Origin: an uncultured Methanomicrobiales archaeon | Lineage (GTDB): Archaea > Halobacteriota > Methanomicrobia > Methanomicrobiales > Methanospirillaceae | DNA length: 55,540 bases | Direction of reading: 5' to 3' | Assembly: GCA_903819595.1 (NCBI GenBank) | Contig: CAIJED010000340.1 | Location: 1 to 55,540 of the forward strand | In this document: positions 31,016 to 41,135 of the stretch, piece after piece | How the letters are laid out: each line of letters begins with the position of its first letter | Numbering within the stretch: position 1 is the stretch's first letter | Position numbers and translations under genes: made by a program | The notes under the pieces: generated by a model | Databases searched by the model: none | The model's input: the letters and a program-made list of their open reading frames with translations, nothing else | What the model was told of the DNA's origin: nothing

Positions 31016-32127
31016 GCCCGGCTCGCCTATCTCTTTAATGGTGATGCCTGTAAGGGAGAGAATCTCCCGTACCAGGAACAAACCAAAACCTGTGTTTTTC
31101 CCGAACCCCATCTCGAAAATCCGCTCCTTTTCGTTATCAGCGACACCAACTCCATTATCTTCCCACGCAACGACCAGATCCCCTCCTGATAGATGGTATG
31201 ATATCAGGATTTCATTTAACCGCTCTCCATGCCTGATCGAGTTGTCAAGGAGATTGGAAAATACTTTTTCAAGCATCGGATCTGAAAAAATCTGTACGCC
31301 TTTCATATCTGCCTTCAGGGTGATCGTTGACGGGACCCGCTGACGCGGTATGATCGTATCTAAGTCAATCCATTGCGGCTCATGGGTGCCCAGATCCTGG
31401 TAGACCCGGGTGAATTCAATCTGTGACTGGATTGCCGTTATACCGGAATGTATTTTCTGCAGATATTCAGCCATTTCGGAATCCTTAACCTTCATCTCTG
31501 TGATTTGAAGGAATCCGAGAACAACCATGATCTGATTGAGGATATCATGCCGGGTAATATTACTAAGTATATTGAGCTGGCGATTGACCTTGTGCAGGGT
31601 AGTTTCGGTCCGCTTACGTTCGGTGATATTCCGGCCATTAGAGATAATAGCAGGTTCTCCGTTGTACATGATTACGCGACTGCTCACTTCCGTCGGGATA
31701 CGGGTTCCATCCTTTGCGTGGTGAGCCGTTTCAAAAACAACATGTCCGGTTTGTTTCAGTTCCTGAATACGAGTCTGGACCATATTACCATATTCGGGTT
31801 CGTCTATGTCGCTGGGACTCATTTTAAGCAGTTCTTCATGTGAATAGCCAAGTCTCCTGCAGATTTCATCGTTAACTTCCAGGAAATGGCCCTGCATATC
31901 ATGGATCACAATCGCATCGCCGGCGTTGTTGAAGAAGTCCCGGAACTTTTCCTCGCTCTCCCGCAATGCATCCTCCGCCTGTTTGCGTTCCGTGATGTCA
32001 TGAATAACTCCTACAACAGTATTCTCCCGTGGATTGTATTCTGCAACAGAATGTATATCGAGGACTGCCCCATCAGATGGCCTCTGGATTTTAAACTCAA
32101 CATTATAGGGAGATTTTCCCGCAATAA

Positions 32128-33415
32128 GGGCTTGTTAATTAATAAATTAATTAACTTTTATTAATGGTGGGGTGGATAGAATAATTCCAGTCCCCATGAA
32201 AATCATCCATTGAAAGATTAATTGAACTCAACTGTTCTTTTGTAACCTCTATCCCTTTGGGGTAGGACCTTGCGTCAAGTTCACATTTTACGAAAAGTCC
32301 TTTTGTTGTAGTTGTACCAGCAATGAGGTTTACGATAATTTCATGGCTAATTAGTGGTTTACCCCTCCAATTTTGGCTAATAAATGAAAATAGACGATGC
32401 TCGATTTTATTCCATTTGCTTGTCCCAGGAGGAAAATGACAGACAAATATAATCATTCCCGTTTCATCTGAAAATTTTTGCAGTTCCGTTTTCCATAATT
32501 TTCGTCGATAACCGTTACTGCCTCCGCTATCTGCTGTAATTAACAAAGATTGTGCAGAGGGATATAGTTCTTTTCCCATGGAATACCACCATTGTCGAAT
32601 ACTTTGAACCGCAAATGCAGATGTATCATTATCAATGCCCACATTCACCCACCCTACATTTTTTGCAATATCATACACTCCAAATGGGGTCACTTTCCCT
32701 AGTTCAGGTATTAAAAAATCGTGATCCTTGACCATTTCAGGATCTCCTTTTGGTCGGTATTCCTTACCACCATTTTTAAAATTACCGACTAATTCTTTCT
32801 TTTTTGCGTCAACAGATATTACAGGTTGGATATTTTTTTGAAATTCTTCAGTCTTTTTATTTATATATTCGAATTGGGCATTTCGGTCAGGATGGACTTG
32901 CCCTTCAACGGTTTTTTTATTTGCTTGTAAACTGTATCCCATTTCATCTAAAAGTTCTGCTACGGTGACGTGGCTAACTTTATGTTGCTTTTCGTTAAGC
33001 TCTTCGGCCAGCTTCCGTGTACTTTTACATGACCATCGTAATGGGGATTCAGGATCTCCCCTAGTATATGGTTCAATAAGGCTTTCTAAGTCAGTTTTAA
33101 GGGTCTTATCTTTCTCTGAAATCTTTTTACGGCCGCCTCCTTCTTTCCGAATTCTTTTCGAATCAGTGGCTTCTTGTTTTTTTAGATCGACTATACCTGC
33201 TGTTATAGTATTACGATTTAATTCGAATAATGTGGAGACAGTTGAAATTCCCCCATATCCCAATTCTTCAGCTACAGCCCCTCCAAACAATCTTCTCTGT
33301 AACTCGTTTAAATGAGGGTTCAATTTTTGATAAATCCGTTTCAGAGATTCGTCTTCCATATAACAATATTGTAGATAAGAGTTATAAGATGCTTATGTTA
33401 TTAGTTAACAAACCC
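32128..33415 (-). mobile_element. ISAzo13-family insertion sequence (1288 bp)
   Basis: Terminal IRs GGGCTTGTTAATTAATAA / TTATTAGTTAACAAACCC (16/18), TAA target duplication at 32125-32127 and 33416-33418, AT-rich. Confidence 0.95.
32151..33359 (-). CDS. ISAzo13-family DDE transposase
   Basis: RGDPESPLRW, ISVDAKKKELVG, ITADSGGSN, HFPPGTSKWNKIEHRLFS. Confidence 0.96.
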   Translation of the reverse strand: MEDESLKRIYQKLNPHLNELQRRLFGGAVAEELGYGGISTVSTLFELNRNTITAGIVDLKKQEATDSKRIRKEGGGRKKISEKDKTLKTDLESLIEPYTRGDPESPLRWSCKSTRKLAEELNEKQHKVSHVTVAELLDEMGYSLQANKKTVEGQVHPDRNAQFEYINKKTEEFQKNIQPVISVDAKKKELVGNFKNGGKEYRPKGDPEMVKDHDFLIPELGKVTPFGVYDIAKNVGWVNVGIDNDTSAFAVQSIRQWWYSMGKELYPSAQSLLITADSGGSNGYRRKLWKTELQKFSDETGMIIFVCHFPPGTSKWNKIEHRLFSFISQNWRGKPLISHEIIVNLIAGTTTTKGLFVKCELDARSYPKGIEVTKEQLSSINLSMDDFHGDWNYSIHPTINKS

Positions 33416-35631
33416 TAAGATCTTTCAGAGTCGAATTGAGGAGCAGGCGATAGCAGGCAAGGGGGATTTTCTGGATAACTTCAAGGGTAAATTGCGCTCC
33501 ATCGAGACCATAAAGAATCTTTGCACCTTCCGACGCGGTAACAGTATGTTCATTTAACCTGATCTCCCAGTTTCCCGACCTGCCGATCTCTTCAGCCCGT
33601 TTTAACCGCATCTCGCTCAGGCGGAGTATATCCCCTGCCTTTCTCCGTTCTGTACTATCCTGCATCAGGCCGAGCATACGCTCAGGCTCACCAGGGGGAC
33701 TGGATTCGATTTTGCCTCTTGCCCAGATCCAACGAATTTCACCATCAGCCCGACGTATACGGCACTGAAATTCCCAGTCATGCGGGTCTGACTGGGCCTC
33801 TTTGAACGCCTGATCCACGAAATCCCGATCTTCCGGCAGGACATGTTCCAAAAACATCTCGTATGTCCATTCCGGTAAAAGGGAATCGTATCCAAAAATC
33901 TGGTCGTTCCGTAGTGATCGCCACATCGTATGACGTTTCAGGTCAAGGTCCCAGGTCCCCATTTGTGCTACGTCGAGAGCGAATCCAAGTCGCTCCTCGC
34001 TCTTTCGCAGTGCTGCCTCTGCGCGTTTTCGTTCTGTGATATCCTCAATTGTTCCTTCGAAGGCGACGATCTTACCGCAGGTATCACGTATAACTCTTGC
34101 ATTTGTAGTAATCCAGATAGGATGCCCATCCCGGTGCCAGTTTTGCATCTCGAAATTCCGAACCTCCCCTGCCGCTGAAAGTGACTGTTTAAAGAGCTGC
34201 CGGACTTCAGGGTTGACATATAACTGCTCCTGGATATCGTGGATTGCAGATATCATCTCTTCGGGGGAGTCGTACCCGTATATTCGTGCAAATGCCGGGT
34301 TCATATTCAGATATCTACCCTCCGGAGTTGTCTGGAAGAGCCCAAGAATTGAATTATTAAACAATGAGCGGAATTTTCTTTCGCTTTTAAGAAGTTCTTC
34401 TTCTGCTTCTTTTATATCCGTTACATCCCGGCCGACTGATTGGTACTCGGTTATTCTACCTGAAGCATCGAATATCGCCCGGTCGCTCCAACGCTGCCAC
34501 CGGATGGTGCCGTCAGGCATAATAATCCGGTGCTCAATGGTATCGACGGGATTATCCTGTATCAACGACCTAAAAAACTGGTTTATGCGTTCCTGGTCCT
34601 CAGATAAGATCTTTGGTCTGAAACGGTGACCGAGGATATCGTTCCGGGCGAAGCCGAAGTATCTGCAATACGCTTCATTTACAAAAATATGTGTACCGTC
34701 AGGCAAAAAACGGGAAATTAATTCTGTCTGGTCCTCGATTACATTCCTGTACCGCTTCTCACTTTCCTGCAATGCCTCCTCGGTCCGCTTCTGTTCCGTT
34801 ATATCAAAGGCCAGTCCGGTAACACCAGTAATAGTTCCATGTGCGTCATAAAGGGTAGAGAGGTATGTCCGAAACGTTACACCTTCATGTGTATAATCAT
34901 ACATTGTCGGCTCTCCGGTGAGTGCACGCAGATGGTTGCTGATTTCCTGGTGGGCAGGGTCACTTGTATTAAAGAATTCATACAGGGTCTTTCCAACTAC
35001 CTGATCAGGTTTCAGGCCTATTTTAGCAAGTCCTGCACCCTGCGAGAGGGTAAACCGAAGGTCACGGTCAACTGCCCATACGGTCCCAGGGAGCTGGTTC
35101 ATAACAGATCGGAACTTTTCCTCACTCTGGTTCAATGCTTTCTCTGCCCACTTCCGGTAAATCGCCATCTTGATTTTATGGGTCAGCTCAACAAACTGCG
35201 CCTGCGGTTCTCCACCCTTTTGGAGGTAAAAATCCGCCCCTTCGTTTAAAGCCTGGATTACAACATCTTCTCGTCCTTTTCCGGTGAAAAGGATAAAAGG
35301 GACTGCATTGCCGGAATTTCTTACCGTCTTCAAAAATTCTATGCCGTCCATACCGGGCATCTGGTAATCGGCTATAATGGCATCGAATTGTTCGTTTTTA
35401 AGAAGTGATAATGCAGAGTTAGCCGAATCTATTGTTTTTACTGAAAAATCTCCGGTGTGTTCCAGGAACATCTTACCGATTTCAAGAAGGCCAGGTTCAT
35501 CATCAACATAGAGTACCCGGAGTACACCAGTCATCACTCTTCATTGCGCATCCATCAGATATTAGTTTGTCATTGAGCTACCCTGCACCAGCGGTCCTGT
35601 TTCGGTGAGGACTCTTTTTTAAAAAAATCTC

Positions 35632-35785
35632 AAAAACTGGTCTGGAAATTAGTATAGAAAAAGTCTTCAAAAAGCGAACACATATGTTCGTTGTGCGTAC
35701 ATCGGGACATATTTTGATTTAATTCGATACATCCCTTTCGGCAGCGTGATCCCGAATCGGGCACCTTTACGGGGATTATTTTTTT
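35632..35785. repeat. Cassette repeat full copy B
   Basis: Core at 35725-35742, palindrome CGAACACATATGTTCG at 35675-35690. Confidence 0.92.
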
Positions 35786-35906
35786 AAAAAAAAGTTTACA
35801 TTATCCCGGGCCTTGGGTAAACGGATCCGCCTAATTAGACTGTGCATTCATGATAGGGAAAAAGGTCCGACTTTGGAAGACAAATGGTCCCACGGAAAAA
35901 AAGATT

Positions 35907-36776
35907 TCATGTTCCCAGCGGGGACTCATTCATGCCGAGGAAATCGAGTGCGTTCTCCCCGTATTGGACGGGTGCATACTTGGACCCGAAATGCGGGAGT
36001 CCCTTGAACCGCACGAGCCACGATCCGTTGATCTGCCCGGCAATCTGGACCGTAACATTCTGAGGCGTCAGTACGTCCGCGGTGCCCACGACGAGCATGA
36101 CCGTCTTATTGATTCCTGAAAGATGGTACCAGGACCCGCTCCAGTTGAGGTTTGCCTGGGACTCCTGGTGAACGCCCTCGGTCTGGTTAGGATTGGTACC
36201 AGCCGCTACAATGAGATTGTACAGCAGTTTGGTCTCCGGTATCCGGATATCGTAGGTCACAGAATCCAGTACCAGTTTTCGTACGCGTTCAGGGTGATCG
36301 ATAACCAGTTGCTGGGAGACTGATGAACCCATCGAGACCCCATATACATCCATGCTGTCATAGCCCAGTGCAGGAATCAGTTTTGCGGCATCATCTGCAT
36401 AGAGTGCAATAGTGGGTGACCCATTATATTCGCTGCTGTAGCCCATTCCCCGGTGATCATAGGTATATACATGGTATTTCGAGGCGAGGATGCCAATGAA
36501 CGTTTCATTCCAGTCATCAATGGTGTCCCCGAATCCCTGGGCCATCAGGAGTGGTTCACCTGCTCCGAATTCCCGGTATCCCAGCGTAACTCCGTTGACT
36601 TTTGCGTACTGGACAGGGGTTGCGTTGAACGATACGGGCTGGGGCGCCCTGATTACCGGAGTTACGGGTTGGCTGGTGACGGTGCCGGGTGTACCTGGGG
36701 CAGTTGTACATCCTGCCGTCGCGAGGAGGCAGATCATTAAGGCGATTACCAGGGTTGAAATATGTGTCTTGTCCAT
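35907..36776 (-). CDS. Secreted/lipoprotein alpha/beta hydrolase
   Basis: Signal ending LATAGC, YDHRGMG, nucleophile GVSMG, GTADVL, late His. Confidence 0.9.
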   Translation of the reverse strand: MDKTHISTLVIALMICLLATAGCTTAPGTPGTVTSQPVTPVIRAPQPVSFNATPVQYAKVNGVTLGYREFGAGEPLLMAQGFGDTIDDWNETFIGILASKYHVYTYDHRGMGYSSEYNGSPTIALYADDAAKLIPALGYDSMDVYGVSMGSSVSQQLVIDHPERVRKLVLDSVTYDIRIPETKLLYNLIVAAGTNPNQTEGVHQESQANLNWSGSWYHLSGINKTVMLVVGTADVLTPQNVTVQIAGQINGSWLVRFKGLPHFGSKYAPVQYGENALDFLGMNESPLGT

Positions 36777-36898
36777 AAACGATCCTCTTAACCGATTAAT
36801 TGTGAATTAACTTGTATTAACTATTAAAATTTAAAATCTCGTTTATTTTTTTATATTTTTGTTATCCCGGTGAACGGTGTAATATGTTAAAAAACTTT

Positions 36899-37051
36899 AA
36901 AAAACGATAAGAAAATAGTATGAAAAAAGGATACAAAAAGCGAACACAGGCGTTCGTTGTGCGTACATTGTGGTACATTTTATGATTTGATGCGATACAT
37001 CCCTTTCGGCACCGTGATCCAGAACTGGGCTCCTTTACGGGAATTATTTTT
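36899..37051. repeat. Cassette repeat full copy C
   Basis: Core at 36993-37010, palindrome CGAACACAGGCGTTCG at 36941-36956. Confidence 0.92.
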
Positions 37052-37344
37052 ATTAGAAAGGCATATTTTGGGTGAATATTCTGAATTTTCAGAGAATTTA
37101 TTAACAAAAGCCTTCAAGAAGGTAGTAATGTATTGGCAAAATTCATCATTTTATTAAAACTGGATTTATCCAAATCTATGGATTATTGTCATCTGTATTG
37201 GTATTTTTGCGTTTTTCTTTCGTATTTGGCTGAGTAGTTTAGGTTAATGTTAATCCTGTTTATACTATTTTGGAAATATTTCCTGTCAAAAATATTAAAG
37301 GCTGTAAAACCTTTTTTAAAAATCATTCATAGTCAACAGTGTAG

Positions 37345-38010
37345 TTAAAAAGATGTGTTCAAGTGTTGTGAAGGGGTCACCGGTGGTTTCATCCTCGAAT
37401 GCGTGATTGTCAATAATACCCCCACAATTAATCCGAATAGAATGAAACTTAAAACCCAGTCAGTGCCGGTCATGACGTTATATGCTATCACATACCATGT
37501 CACGGTGACACAGTAGGGTATGAGGAGTAGCATCGTGGTGAACATACCGGGATTATATCCTCTGTTTTTTAGCTGGAATGTAATTATATGCTGCAGGTTG
37601 TTAATTGCGAACTGGAACATAATTGCCGCAAAACCGATCCATGGTATCGTATAGAATACAGCCCCGATAATTACCCATGGCCATATCAATAACGGGTTTA
37701 CAAGAAATATATACGGTTCATTGAGCGGTACATTTTCCCGGTTATCGCCAGTCGCAAGAATGGTTTTTGTATTGATGAAATGTTTGAATCCTCCGGGTGC
37801 AGTATATTCCTCGAATTCATGGATCATAATCACTGGCAGGTGCAGCCAGAGAAGCCATTGATACATGTTCAGCGCGGGGTAGGTTAGGAACAGGATAGCC
37901 AGCAGCGTAAATAAAACCGGGGCTGTAAAGGCACCGATTAACTGCCACACTGTATTGAGCTTTGTAAAAATACAGTCTATTCTGTCAGGATAGTACTTCG
38001 TATCTGTCAT
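37345..38010 (-). CDS. HXXEE-domain membrane protein
   Basis: IHEFEEY...PGGF, NxxxH, YNPG motifs, multi-TM. Confidence 0.88.
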   Translation of the reverse strand: MTDTKYYPDRIDCIFTKLNTVWQLIGAFTAPVLFTLLAILFLTYPALNMYQWLLWLHLPVIMIHEFEEYTAPGGFKHFINTKTILATGDNRENVPLNEPYIFLVNPLLIWPWVIIGAVFYTIPWIGFAAIMFQFAINNLQHIITFQLKNRGYNPGMFTTMLLLIPYCVTVTWYVIAYNVMTGTDWVLSFILFGLIVGVLLTITHSRMKPPVTPSQHLNTSF

Positions 38011-38152
38011 GGTACCACGGATTTATTTTCTTATTACCTGGTTTTATATATTAAATTTGACTCCATGGCTTCCCTGTTCCTCGATAGGGTCAAGAATGCC
38101 AGACAGGTTTTGTCGTATCTGTGATGTATCATTAAAAAAAGGCATGATCGCG

Positions 38153-38290
38153 AAAAAACGACCTGGAAATTAACATAGAAAAAGTATGCAAAAAGCGAAC
38201 TAATATGTCCGTTTCGCATACAACGGCACATATTATGATTTGATGCGATACATCCCTTTCGGCCACTTGATCCTGAATCGGACCGTTACC
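38153..38290. repeat. Cassette repeat full copy D
   Basis: Core at 38246-38263, degenerate palindrome CGAACTAATATGTCCG at 38196-38211. Abuts the aldo-keto reductase stop. Confidence 0.9.
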
Positions 38291-38294
38291 GCCG

Positions 38295-39494
38295 TTACGT
38301 CTGTTTGAACATCTGCTTTGCCATGGCAACTCTCTGCTCGAAACCTGGTCCTTCGAGTTCCTCGACAACGGATTCGAGTGTCCCGGGGATGTCAATGTGC
38401 TGGGGGCATTTTTCAACGCACTGTCCGCATTGCGCGCACAGGGATGCAAACTCAGGGTTCCCGAGGGCAACGGCACCGCCTAACCGTTTAGCATACATGA
38501 ATTTTTCCACCTCGGGATTATCTACCATGTACAGGTTGTTGTACTCCTCGAAGCACAACGGGATATTTACGTCAGACGGGCAGGGCATGCAGTACCTGCA
38601 GCCGGTACAGCCGACTTTCATCAATTCCCGGTACTTGGCCTCTACTCTTTTTACCAAATCCAGTTCTGCGTCCTTCAGGGAATTGGGGTACGCCTGGTCT
38701 GCCACCGTTAGATTCTCCTGGATATGAGTCTCATCATTCATCCCGGAGAGGACGACTGTGACTTCGGGATGATTCCATATCCAGCGGAGTGCCCATTCAG
38801 GAGCGGTTCTCTTCACCAGTGCCTCATCCCAGATCGCTCTTATGGCAGGAGGCACATTTTTGGTAAGATTACCTCCCCGGAGTGGTTCCATGATGATAAC
38901 GCCAAGACCCATTGTGGCTGCATATTCCAGGCCAGCGGTACCCGCCTGGTTCTTTTCGTCCAGGAAATTATACTGGATCTGGCAGAAGTCCCAGTCATAG
39001 GCATCTACGATCCGGTTGAAATCCGTTCCTGCGCCATGGAAGGAGAAACCTGCGTTCTTTATACGGCCATCAACTTTGGCGTTGTCAAGGAAATCTGCCA
39101 CACCGAGTTTTTCAACTGTGTCCCACAGATCGCCGACAAGTGTATGGACCAGATAATAGTCGATGTGGTCGGTTTTGAGTTTTACAAGCTGGGCGTTCAG
39201 GTACTTGTCCATATCCTCCCTGCTCTCAATCAGCCAGGAAGGGAGTTTTGTTGCAAGTTTCACTTTATTCCGGTAACCGTCAGCAAGGGCATGCCCAACG
39301 AAGGGCTCGCTCTGTCCCATGTGATAGGGCCAGGCCGAATCAACATAATTTACTCCGTGATCAATTGCATACCGGACCTGTCTGGTGGCCCTTTCCTCAT
39401 CTATCGAGCCATCCTCTTTAACGGCAAGACGCATGCATCCGAATCCAAGGATGGAAAGTTCGTCTCCGTTCCCGGGCATTTTTCTGTACAACAT
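38295..39494 (-). CDS. Aldo/keto reductase with C-terminal 4Fe-4S dicluster
   Basis: LGFGCMRL, LATKLP, IMEPLRGG, CTGCRYCMPCP and CAQCGQCVEKCP. Confidence 0.93.
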   Translation of the reverse strand: MLYRKMPGNGDELSILGFGCMRLAVKEDGSIDEERATRQVRYAIDHGVNYVDSAWPYHMGQSEPFVGHALADGYRNKVKLATKLPSWLIESREDMDKYLNAQLVKLKTDHIDYYLVHTLVGDLWDTVEKLGVADFLDNAKVDGRIKNAGFSFHGAGTDFNRIVDAYDWDFCQIQYNFLDEKNQAGTAGLEYAATMGLGVIIMEPLRGGNLTKNVPPAIRAIWDEALVKRTAPEWALRWIWNHPEVTVVLSGMNDETHIQENLTVADQAYPNSLKDAELDLVKRVEAKYRELMKVGCTGCRYCMPCPSDVNIPLCFEEYNNLYMVDNPEVEKFMYAKRLGGAVALGNPEFASLCAQCGQCVEKCPQHIDIPGTLESVVEELEGPGFEQRVAMAKQMFKQT

Positions 39495-39529
39495 TTTTCA
39501 ATCACACTGCATTTTGAGTATTTATGTTA

Positions 39530-39833
39530 ATCAACGGTATTTTCCGTGTAAGTAGGATAATAACATTTACTTTTTCCACCCACGTTCGCCCAGCCACCCG
39601 GATACATCATTCTGCGCATTTTTTCACGCTGCTGCCGTGGACCGCCAGGCCATCCAGGACGGTTGACTGCGGGCACGTTTTCCAGACATCCGTGACACTC
39701 CGGCCAGGCCCACTCCCTTCGTGCGTGCAGAAAGGTGCTAATGGTCTTTCCGGAGAAATCATATTCCTCCAGGAAGGTGAATACCGGCATCGCTCCCCAC
39801 CAGTTGGGGTGGCCGGGGAAGATCACATCCAGG
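39530..39833 (-). pseudogene. Flavodoxin fragment (5'-truncated, frameshifted)
   Basis: IFPGHPNWWGAMPVFTFLEEYDFSGKTISTF resembles flavodoxin GYPNWWG...VFTFLEEYDFSGKTI. N-terminus missing, replaced by repeat E. Confidence 0.75.
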
Positions 39834-39868
39834 AAGCGAACACGCACGTCTGTTCTGCAAACATTGTG
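39834..39868. repeat. Cassette repeat half-copy E (palindrome arm + core only)
   Basis: AAGCGAACACGCACGTCTGTTCTGCAAACATTGTG is 27/35 identical to 36938-36972. No kinase tail follows. Confidence 0.7.
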
Positions 39869-40164
39869 ACCTGTTGTATACCCGTGCAATTATTTCCAGG
39901 GCCTCATTTCGAAGGCAGAAAGTAAGGATACAATTGACCCGCCCGATCGGTTCTCTGAATTGACAACTTGACGCGTAATCTCCGTCCCCTTGTAAATAAA
40001 TTATCGTTATGGCTCCGGCATCGATGCCACGTGTTGTCCAGACAAAAAACCCATTTCAAGGAAAAAATTTTCCTTTTTTATTTACGTTGCCACACCGGTA
40101 TGCAATCGGAAGACCTCGCGTCGGGTTCATATCCGATGTCGTCAGAAAGGAAGATGATGCGACG

Positions 40165-40506
40165 ATGAACCAGACTCCTGATGTCCCGGTGATTATCCTC
40201 TCAACGGCATCATCTGAAAATGCCAAGGCCATTGCAGGTGTACTTATCAGAAAAAGACTCGCTGCATGTGTGAACATGACCAGTGTTTTGTCATATTATC
40301 ACTGGAACGGTGAATTTTGTGAGGATTGCGAGACCCTCATGGTGATAAAGACCATGGACTCTCAGAAGAATGGGGTGATGGACGCCATCCGGAGCCTTCA
40401 TACCTACGAACTCCCTGAAATGGTTGTCATTCCTATTACAGGGGGATTTCCACCTTACCTCACCTGGTTAAAAGAGGAAATACAAAAGGACCATTCATCA
40501 GGCTGA
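40165..40506 (+). CDS. cutA: Divalent-cation tolerance protein CutA
   Basis: RLAACVN, SYYHWNG, HTYELPE, YLTWL. Confidence 0.93.
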   Translation: MNQTPDVPVIILSTASSENAKAIAGVLIRKRLAACVNMTSVLSYYHWNGEFCEDCETLMVIKTMDSQKNGVMDAIRSLHTYELPEMVVIPITGGFPPYLTWLKEEIQKDHSSG

Positions 40507-40655
40507 TGACCAGAACAGGCTGGATACAGGGCGATGGACAATCCTGACGTCCAGGGAACGCCATGCAGGTGGGAATCATTCAGACGCATCTTCACCAGGG
40601 TAACTCGCACTATTGAAATAGACGGAGCCCGCTACGTTAGATCAGGTAGATCGAA

Positions 40656-41135
40656 TTGCCGGACACGAAAACAGAGCCGCGGGACGCGCTCATTCTTCTC
40701 GGGTGCCCGCAGGTGCCGATACAGACGAGTGTCGCATTGTACCTTGCCAATAAGCTCCGCAAGCAGGGAATTACTACGGTAATCACCGGTAACCGGGCGG
40801 CGAGGACAAATATTGAAGTAGCTGACCCTGACCGTCATTATATTGGTGAGGTAATCGATATCGACCGGTGCATTGCCCTGCTGGCAGAAAAAAAACGAAG
40901 TTTCCATTACTGTTTTTCGTTTATTCATAATGATGCCGGCCTGTCCTATGCTGCAACGGTGAAGGCGATCTCCCCCGCCGCCCAGGTCCTTATCATCTTT
41001 GGTGAACACTTCGAGGAAGTCGCCTCCATGGTGGAATTCAAGGCAGAAATAATCGCAGTGAATGCGGTGCATAACCCGATGCCGCTGAAGGCAAAAATTG
41101 ACGAGGTATTACCATGGGTTGTCTCGAATCTATGA
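40656..41135 (+). CDS. DUF1890-family protein
   Basis: LILLGCPQVPIQT, VADPDRHY, HNDAG, AVHNPMPL. Confidence 0.85.
   Translation: MPDTKTEPRDALILLGCPQVPIQTSVALYLANKLRKQGITTVITGNRAARTNIEVADPDRHYIGEVIDIDRCIALLAEKKRSFHYCFSFIHNDAGLSYAATVKAISPAAQVLIIFGEHFEEVASMVEFKAEIIAVNAVHNPMPLKAKIDEVLPWVVSNL

Larger units (their letters stand above)
30959..35534 (-). pseudogene. Hybrid REC-multiPAS histidine kinase interrupted by ISAzo13
   Basis: Removing 32128-33418 rejoins ...STLKDL|IAGKSPYNVEFKIQRPSDG...DITERKQAEDALRESEEK in frame (3285 bp). REC at N-terminus, several PAS/PAC domains, RHDILNQ H-box, GFGKNTGFG, GARFEI. Confidence 0.93.

Noticed and set aside
35675..35690. Gram-positive LexA (Cheo) box
   Set aside because: Spacer is GAAC-N6-GTTC, not N4, and the host is an archaeon
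30940..39868. CRISPR array interpretation of the repeats
   Set aside because: Spacing is 1.2-4.7 kb with whole genes between copies, repeats are ~150 bp and diverged, and there are no cas genes
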